This document shows, in pieces, positions 57,801-64,000 of a DNA stretch of 64,000 bases. The stretch spans positions 39,923-103,922 of the forward strand of contig JBBIHB010000008.1 in assembly GCA_037447215.1 (NCBI GenBank), in the 5' to 3' direction. Both the position numbers and the translations under genes were made by a program. Within the stretch, counting starts at the first letter, position 1; the number at the start of each line of letters is the position of its first letter. This DNA comes from Bacteroidales bacterium (GTDB lineage Bacteria > Bacteroidota > Bacteroidia > Bacteroidales > Prolixibacteraceae). A model generated the notes under the pieces. The model was given only the letters and a program-made list of their open reading frames with translations, was not told the origin of the DNA and did no database searches.

Positions 57801-59444
57801 ATGAAAATAGCCTTGGCACAATTGAATTACCGGATTGGTGATTTTGATGACAACGCTGAAAAAATCAGTAGAGCCATACAGAGGGCAAAAAATGAACAGG
57901 CAGATTTGATTGTCTTTTCGGAACTTGCTGTTACAGGTTACTATCCTCACGATCTTCTGGAAAGGAAAGAATTTATTGCACAGGCCGAAATGACAATGCA
58001 TAAACTTGCCAAAGAGTGTATCGGAGTTTCAGCCCTTATTGGCGGCCCGGCCATCAATCAGTCCGACAGGGGCAAGAAGCTATATAACGCTGCCTGGTAT
58101 CTGGCTGATGGAAAAGTTCAGCAAACATTTTACAAAACCTTGCTTCCTACCTATGATATATTTGACGAATACCGTCATTTTGAACCAAACCGCGAATTCA
58201 GGATTCTGGAGATTTCGGGCAAACGGCTTGCTGTAACCATCTGCGAAGATGTGTGGGACGAACAACCAACTTTTACTGAGTTTGGTAAGGATAAAATATA
58301 TCAGGTTTCGCCACTTGAAGAATTAAGCCGGTTTTCGCCCGAGATAATAATCAACCTTTCGGCATCACCATTCTCCTACAACCAGGAAACGTGGCGCAAG
58401 GATATACTGAAAAAGAAAGCAATTCAGTTTGGCGCACCCTTAATCTATGTAAACCAGATAGGGGCGCACACCGAACTGATTTTCGACGGAGGTTCTGTAG
58501 TGGTTTCAAAGCAGGGCGAAATCCTTCACGAATTGCGTTATTTCGAAGAAGATTTCAGGGTGGTTGATACAGAAAATCTGACCCGTGTAAATGCTCAATC
58601 TAATGAAAATGTTATAGTTAAAATACATGATGCCCTGGTTATGGGGATCAGGGATTATTTCAGGAAGTCAGGGTTTTCGAAAGCTACCCTCGGTCTTTCA
58701 GGTGGTATCGATTCAGCAGTGGTTGCTGTACTGGCAGTTGAAGCCCTCGGGGCTCCCAATGTGCGGGTTTTGCTCATGCCTTCAAAATTTTCATCGAAGC
58801 ATAGCATTGACGATGCTGTGGAACTGGCCCGGAATCTGGGCATTCAATACGACATTATTAACATTAACGAAGCTGTTGAGGCTTTTGAACATGGCCTTGA
58901 ACCCTTGTTCTCAGGCTTGAGTCCCGATGTAACCGAAGAGAATATCCAGGCCAGGGCACGGGGTATATACCTGATGGCATTATCGAATAAATTTGGGCAT
59001 ATATTGCTCAATACCACCAATAAAAGTGAATGTGCAGTGGGTTATGGAACCCTTTATGGTGATATGAACGGAGGCCTTGCCGTTCTTGGCGATGTCTATA
59101 AAACGGATGTATATCACCTGGCCAGGTTCATAAACCGCATTGGTGAAATCATTCCTGAAAATTCAATACTTAAACCCCCATCGGCCGAACTTCGGCCCGG
59201 GCAAAAGGATACCGATTACCTGCCCGAATATGAAGTATTGGATAAAATTCTTTACCATTACACTGAACTCAACCAATCACCTGTTGATATTTCGCTTTTA
59301 GGATTCGACCCTGCTTTGGTCACGCAAGTGGTCAGGATGGTAAATTCAAATGAATATAAAAGATTTCAGGCCGCACCCATATTGAGGATAAGTTCAAAAG
59401 CTTTTGGGTTTGGGCGTAGGATGCCCATTGTTGCCAGGTTTTAA
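57801..59444 (+). CDS. nadE: NAD+ synthase (glutamine-hydrolysing)
   Basis: N-terminal nitrilase/CN-hydrolase domain (MKIALAQLN..., FSELAVTGY, TICEDVW). C-terminal NAD synthetase domain (LGLSGGIDSAV P-loop). Confidence 0.93.
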   Translation: MKIALAQLNYRIGDFDDNAEKISRAIQRAKNEQADLIVFSELAVTGYYPHDLLERKEFIAQAEMTMHKLAKECIGVSALIGGPAINQSDRGKKLYNAAWYLADGKVQQTFYKTLLPTYDIFDEYRHFEPNREFRILEISGKRLAVTICEDVWDEQPTFTEFGKDKIYQVSPLEELSRFSPEIIINLSASPFSYNQETWRKDILKKKAIQFGAPLIYVNQIGAHTELIFDGGSVVVSKQGEILHELRYFEEDFRVVDTENLTRVNAQSNENVIVKIHDALVMGIRDYFRKSGFSKATLGLSGGIDSAVVAVLAVEALGAPNVRVLLMPSKFSSKHSIDDAVELARNLGIQYDIININEAVEAFEHGLEPLFSGLSPDVTEENIQARARGIYLMALSNKFGHILLNTTNKSECAVGYGTLYGDMNGGLAVLGDVYKTDVYHLARFINRIGEIIPENSILKPPSAELRPGQKDTDYLPEYEVLDKILYHYTELNQSPVDISLLGFDPALVTQVVRMVNSNEYKRFQAAPILRISSKAFGFGRRMPIVARF

Positions 59445-59517
59445 ATTCTCAATTGCGAGTCTGATTTTTAGGCAAAAAAATGTAAATTTGACGCCCGGAT
59501 AAGTAAAAATTTCCAAT

Positions 59518-60216
59518 ATGTTATATGCCGAAGGGTTTAGAGAAATTCTCGATAATCCGAAATCATTGTTTTATGTTCTCAGTGAAGAAGATAAAAATGA
59601 AATCAGGAAGCATGTTTCGTTTACCAGGTACAAACGAAATGAAATGGTTTTCAGGGAAGGCGATAAGCCATCGGGGTTTATGATGTTGGTGAAGGGTAAA
59701 TTGAAAATTTTCAAGGAAGGTGTTGGAGGAAGGGAGCAGATAATAAGGCTGTCAAAAGCTTTGGGCATTATAGGGTACCGTGCCATTTTTGCCTGTGAAA
59801 ACCATATTGCTTCGGCAGTTACGCTCGAAGATTCGGTGGTTGCAAACGTTGACCTCGATTTTATTTATAACCGGGCGATGAAAAACAGCGATTTTTCGCT
59901 TGAAATTATCAGGAAACTTGCCAAAGAACTGGGCTTTGCCAATGCCCGGACAGTGGCCTTGTCACAGAAACATATACGTGGCCGCCTGGCCGAATCGCTG
60001 ATGTTGCTGGCAAACAAATATGGATTTGAACACGATGGTACCACACTGAAAGTATATATTTCGCGCGAAGATATCGCCAACCTGTCCAATATGACCACTT
60101 CAAATGCAATCCGGACACTTTCCACTTTTGCAAACGAAAAGCTTATTGCCATCGATGGCAGGAAAATACAAATTATTGACCTTCAGCGTCTCGACCGGAT
60201 CAGTAAGCTTGGGTAG
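59518..60216 (+). CDS. Crp/Fnr-family transcriptional regulator
   Basis: cNMP-binding beta-roll (VFREGDKPSGFMMLVKGKLKIF) plus a C-terminal HTH (REDIANLSNMTTSNAIRTLSTF). There is no N-terminal Cys cluster of the Fnr type. Confidence 0.85.
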   Translation: MLYAEGFREILDNPKSLFYVLSEEDKNEIRKHVSFTRYKRNEMVFREGDKPSGFMMLVKGKLKIFKEGVGGREQIIRLSKALGIIGYRAIFACENHIASAVTLEDSVVANVDLDFIYNRAMKNSDFSLEIIRKLAKELGFANARTVALSQKHIRGRLAESLMLLANKYGFEHDGTTLKVYISREDIANLSNMTTSNAIRTLSTFANEKLIAIDGRKIQIIDLQRLDRISKLG

Positions 60217-60233
60217 TATATAACAGGTTTCGG

Positions 60234-62708
60234 TTATTCCTGGATATAAACCCTCTTGACCCGCTGCGAAATCCCGGTCAGAATTTCATAAGGTATGGTA
60301 CCGATCGACCCTGATACTTCGGAAATTGAAATATGATGGCCAAAAAACTCAGCTTCATCTCCTGGTTGAGCACCTATTCCCGTAACATCGGCCATGCACA
60401 TATCCATACAGATGTTCCCGATCAGTGGTACCCTGGCCCCCCTGATAAACACTGATCCAATACCATTCCCAAGCCTTCGGTCGAGTCCGTCGGCGTATCC
60501 TAAGGGGATGATAGCAATTTCGGAAGGCTTTTCAATTTTACCCGACCGGTTATACCCAACGGTTTCACCAGGCATTACCGTCTTAATCTGTGAAAGGGAG
60601 CTCCTGAGAATTCCAATCGGTTTTAGGGGAAGGTTCGTACTGCTGATTCCATAAAGGCCAATCCCCAATCGTACCATCTCATATTGGTGCCCGGGAAACC
60701 GTTCGATGCCGGCCGAGTTGAGGATATGCCTTTCAAATCGGTAACTGAGTTGTACTTGCAACCAGTTTGAAAATTCATCGAATAGGTGGATCTGTTTCTG
60801 GGTAAATCCATCGAACTCAGAGTCATCGCTGGCCACCAGGTGAGAAAAAACCGATCGGATTAACAATTGTGGATTACTTTTCAATATTTTTAGCAGTTGC
60901 CCAAGCTCTTCAATGGTTTTAAAGCCAAGACGGTTCATTCCGGTATCGAGTTTAATATGGACAGGGAATTCTTCAATGGCATTATGTGCCACTACTTTAC
61001 TGAAATCGTCGGCAATCGGGATCGAATAAATGTTGGGTTCGAGACGGTAATCGATCAGGTGCTGAAAGCTGTGCATTTCGGGGTTCATTACAATAATGGG
61101 GAGTGAAATTCCAGCATTTCTCAATCCGATCCCTTCGTCGGCAACCGCCACAGCCAGGTAATCGACCCTTTGGTATTGGAGCATTTTGGCAATTTCAACG
61201 TCGCCCGTGCCATACGAGAAAGCCTTGACCATAACCATTATCCGGGTTTTTGGATTCAATCTCGACCTGAAAATATTGAGGTTTTCGACCATGGTGTTCA
61301 GGTTGATTTCGAATACCGACTGGTGGGCTTTTTGTTGCAATACCGATGAAATTTCCTCGAACCTGAATTCACGAGCCCCCTTAATGAGTACAGCTGAATT
61401 TGTGAAATCAATTTTTCTAAAGTTGGAAATAAACTCGTTGGTGGTTTCAAATAATTGATTTTTTGCCGATATCCATTTAGAGGCGTTTTTTATATCCCGT
61501 CCTATTCCAATAAACAAATCAATGCTGGTATTTTCGAGCATACGGTTTACTTTACGGTAAAGATCACCTGATGAATAACCCGATTGGCGGATATCTGAAA
61601 GAATAACCATTTTGCGGAGATGGTTCTTTTCGGCCTGTTGGTTCAATACTGTCAGGGCTATTTCGAGGGAATTAATATCGGAGTTATAGTAGTCGTTGAT
61701 CAATAGGCTGTTTTGGATGCCCTTTTTGATTTCGAGCCGCATGGCCAGTGGTGACAACCTGGCAAAACCTTCTGAAATCCGGGTTATATCCGCATCAAGG
61801 GTTGATATCAGCGCAAGGCAATGGCAGCAATTCTCAATGGATGAGTAATCGGTAAATGGTATGGTGATGCTAAGCGAATATTCACCCCAATTTGTTTCTA
61901 TTCTGGAATTGTGATCGGATTTAATGTTCCTGAACTGAATATTGGCCCTGTTCCCATGCAATGACCAGGTAATTGGGGTGATTTCCATCGACTTGCAATA
62001 GCTTCCGGCTTGTAGGGCAATTAAATCATGATCGGCACAATAGATCAATTTTTCGGCCGACCTGAATAACTGGAGTTTCTCCCAGATTTTCGATTCGATG
62101 CTGATGAAATTTTCCTGGTGGGCATCGCCTATGTTTGTAAAAATGCCAATGGTTGGCCTGATAATCTGTTCAAGATTTTTCATTTCACCAGGTTGCGAAA
62201 TCCCTGCCTCAAAAATGGCCAGATCGCACTTTTCATCCATATTCCAAACCGATAGGGGTACGCCTACCTGTGAGTTAAAGCTTTTCGGGCTTCGTACTAT
62301 GCAATAATGGTCGGCCAGCAGGTCGTGAAGCCATTCTTTTACAATGGTTTTTCCGTTGCTTCCAGTAATTCCGATCACCGGGTAGTGAAACCTCGACCTG
62401 TGATAAGAGGATAACTTTTGCAAAGCATCGAGGGTGTCGGATACATGGACAACAGCGATTTTGTCCGATGTGCTTGTTTTCACATTCTCTGAAACCACAA
62501 ATGCTTTAACTCCTTTACCGATAAGGTCTTCAATGAAATGATGCCCATTATGGCGAATTCCTTTCAGGGCGAAAAAAAGTGTGCTTTCCCCATCGATTAC
62601 CGTACGGCTGTCAACCGAAAGTTTGCTGACGCTGAACCCAGGAGGCAGATCATTCCTTAAAGTAAATCCACCTGTAATTCTCGATATATCGTCAACAGTA
62701 TAGGCCAT
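60234..62708 (-). CDS. murF/alr: Bifunctional UDP-MurNAc-tripeptide--D-Ala-D-Ala ligase / alanine racemase
   Basis: N-terminal Mur ligase (IGITGSNGKT). C-terminal PLP racemase (VMVKAFSYGTG, ...GLYG..., YADG). This fusion is common in Bacteroidota. Confidence 0.9.
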   Translation of the reverse strand: MAYTVDDISRITGGFTLRNDLPPGFSVSKLSVDSRTVIDGESTLFFALKGIRHNGHHFIEDLIGKGVKAFVVSENVKTSTSDKIAVVHVSDTLDALQKLSSYHRSRFHYPVIGITGSNGKTIVKEWLHDLLADHYCIVRSPKSFNSQVGVPLSVWNMDEKCDLAIFEAGISQPGEMKNLEQIIRPTIGIFTNIGDAHQENFISIESKIWEKLQLFRSAEKLIYCADHDLIALQAGSYCKSMEITPITWSLHGNRANIQFRNIKSDHNSRIETNWGEYSLSITIPFTDYSSIENCCHCLALISTLDADITRISEGFARLSPLAMRLEIKKGIQNSLLINDYYNSDINSLEIALTVLNQQAEKNHLRKMVILSDIRQSGYSSGDLYRKVNRMLENTSIDLFIGIGRDIKNASKWISAKNQLFETTNEFISNFRKIDFTNSAVLIKGAREFRFEEISSVLQQKAHQSVFEINLNTMVENLNIFRSRLNPKTRIMVMVKAFSYGTGDVEIAKMLQYQRVDYLAVAVADEGIGLRNAGISLPIIVMNPEMHSFQHLIDYRLEPNIYSIPIADDFSKVVAHNAIEEFPVHIKLDTGMNRLGFKTIEELGQLLKILKSNPQLLIRSVFSHLVASDDSEFDGFTQKQIHLFDEFSNWLQVQLSYRFERHILNSAGIERFPGHQYEMVRLGIGLYGISSTNLPLKPIGILRSSLSQIKTVMPGETVGYNRSGKIEKPSEIAIIPLGYADGLDRRLGNGIGSVFIRGARVPLIGNICMDMCMADVTGIGAQPGDEAEFFGHHISISEVSGSIGTIPYEILTGISQRVKRVYIQE

Positions 62709-63286
62709 TATTTTTCGGCAATAGCCTGGTTATAGCACCTGCGGCATAAAGGTTCGTAAATATCTTTTTCGCCTAGCAGTACAATCTGCTCTTTTTCGGT
62801 TAACCTGTGCGAAAACTGGGCAATGGTTCCGCAGCGCACACAAATGGCATGTACCTTGGTCACATAATCGGCAACAGCCATCAATGCAGGAATTGGTCCA
62901 AAAGGGTTGCCCCTGAAGTCCATATCCAGCCCTGCAATAATAACCCTGACCCCCTGATTGGCCAACTGAACGGATACTTCGACAAGGTGGCGGTCGAAAA
63001 ACTGGGCTTCGTCAATTCCAACCACATCCACATCGGCAGCCAACAGAAGAATATTCGAAGAGTTTTCGACGGGAGTGGAGCGAATAGCATTTTCGTCGTG
63101 CGAAACCACCTCAAGAGTTGAATAGCGGACATCGATGGCCGGTTTGAATATCTCAACTTTTTGTTGGGCAATTTTGGCCCTTTTGATGCGGCGGATCAAC
63201 TCCTCGGTTTTTCCCGAAAACATCGATCCGCAGATTACCTCAATGCTTCCGGTCCGCTTTCCGCTAAAATCCCTTTCAATAAACAT
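62708..63286 (-). CDS. tdk: Thymidine kinase
   Basis: P-loop [20 protein letters not shown], and the zinc ribbon C..CG...C..C at the C-terminus. Confidence 0.93.
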   Translation of the reverse strand: MFIERDFSGKRTGSIEVICGSMFSGKTEELIRRIKRAKIAQQKVEIFKPAIDVRYSTLEVVSHDENAIRSTPVENSSNILLLAADVDVVGIDEAQFFDRHLVEVSVQLANQGVRVIIAGLDMDFRGNPFGPIPALMAVADYVTKVHAICVRCGTIAQFSHRLTEKEQIVLLGEKDIYEPLCRRCYNQAIAEK

Positions 63287-63385
63287 GGATGATGTGTTGT
63301 CAGAAATTAGTACTTTTACATTATTAATTTACTTTGCAAAGTAATATAAAAGAACAGAAAATTTACAGAAAAACCGTATTCAAAT

Positions 63386-64000
63386 ATGGATAATAAAAAA
63401 CTGATGCAGATTTTACTGCGCGATGTATCGGAACTGCAGGAACTTGTAAACGGAATAAAAAATTCGGGGCACTACGAGCCAATTGATATGGAACTGGTAT
63501 ATACACGCATTTCGGGTGTGCGGCACATGCTGGAGGTGGCATCCGATAGTGTTCCTTCCGTTAGGAAAACTGAAATTGAAATGGTTTTTCCAGGAACGGA
63601 GATACATGTCGAGGCAGCAGCTCCTTTGAAAACTTCAACCGATACCGGTCAGGAAGAAAGAAGCAAACCTCATCCACGGTTTACTCAGATTGTCGAAAAA
63701 AGACCATCTCCAAAAACCCATATTGTTGAACCGGCAGTAACTATGATTGAAAAAATTCCTGAAACGGAACAGCCTGGAGTTGAAATCCCAACCACATCTT
63801 CACCAACTGAAATTGAACCCCGGCTGGTGACCATTCCTGAAAATGATGAAATGGAGCTCGAGGAGGAAATTGTGGTTCCACCTCAAACTTTCGGAGAAAA
63901 ATTTCAACACAGTAAATCGGTAAACGATCTGCTTATTGAGCATGGGAAAACCGATTATAAATATTCGAACATGCCGGTTCCGAACCTGCAGGCTGCCATA
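63386..64000 (+). CDS. Hypothetical protein (3' end outside the window)
   Basis: Absent from the ORF track because no stop falls in the window. I translated 205 codons from ATG 63386 with no stop (MDNKKLMQILLRDVSELQELVNG...PVPNLQAAI). The middle is Pro/Glu/Thr-rich and looks disordered. Confidence 0.6.
   Translation, partial: MDNKKLMQILLRDVSELQELVNGIKNSGHYEPIDMELVYTRISGVRHMLEVASDSVPSVRKTEIEMVFPGTEIHVEAAAPLKTSTDTGQEERSKPHPRFTQIVEKRPSPKTHIVEPAVTMIEKIPETEQPGVEIPTTSSPTEIEPRLVTIPENDEMELEEEIVVPPQTFGEKFQHSKSVNDLLIEHGKTDYKYSNMPVPNLQAAI

Noticed and set aside
60234-62708. MurF-alanine racemase fusion as a novelty
   Set aside because: This bifunctional architecture is, to my knowledge, widespread in Bacteroidota, so it is not unusual here.

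Overview
This window looks like a Bacteroidota chromosomal segment. Supporting markers are T9SS and gliding genes (porQ, gldB), DUF1573 and DUF5683 proteins, a MurF-Alr fusion, and TAnnTTTG -7 boxes upstream of many genes. It is densely packed with housekeeping genes on both strands:
- cell wall: ddl, murF/alr, a lytic transglycosylase and two L,D-transpeptidases
- translation and nucleotide metabolism: rpmH, rluD, cmk, tdk, tRNA-His
- chromosome maintenance: parA, parB, priA
- central metabolism: sucCD, lpdA, pfkA, nadE, ispH
- a contiguous menaquinone cluster: menI-menF-menD-menB-menA-menC/E

I found no rRNA, CRISPR array, transposase, integrase, phage genes or recognisable defence system. 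I therefore cannot support a claim of a dramatic novel system here.

The least ordinary items are:
1. A putative respiratory or sulfur-handling locus at 48.3-53.6 kb. It contains an Otr-type octaheme cytochrome c, a di-haem cytochrome b, a split YeeE/YedE pair whose second half is fused to a Cys-less rhodanese-like domain, and an adjacent sigma-54 activator with no DNA-binding domain.
2. A two-copy ~107-nt intergenic element whose 15-bp stem shows compensatory substitutions between the copies.
3. A single-ORF MenC-MenE fusion, preceded by a nested inverted-repeat element.
4. An ECF-sigma / DUF4398 lipoprotein / double L,D-transpeptidase envelope cluster.
5. Two small gene-decay patches: a Phd/YefM-like antitoxin remnant, and DUF2807 plus beta-barrel OMP pseudogenes next to tRNA-His.

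All functional calls come from reading the translated ORFs and motifs by eye. No database search was possible.
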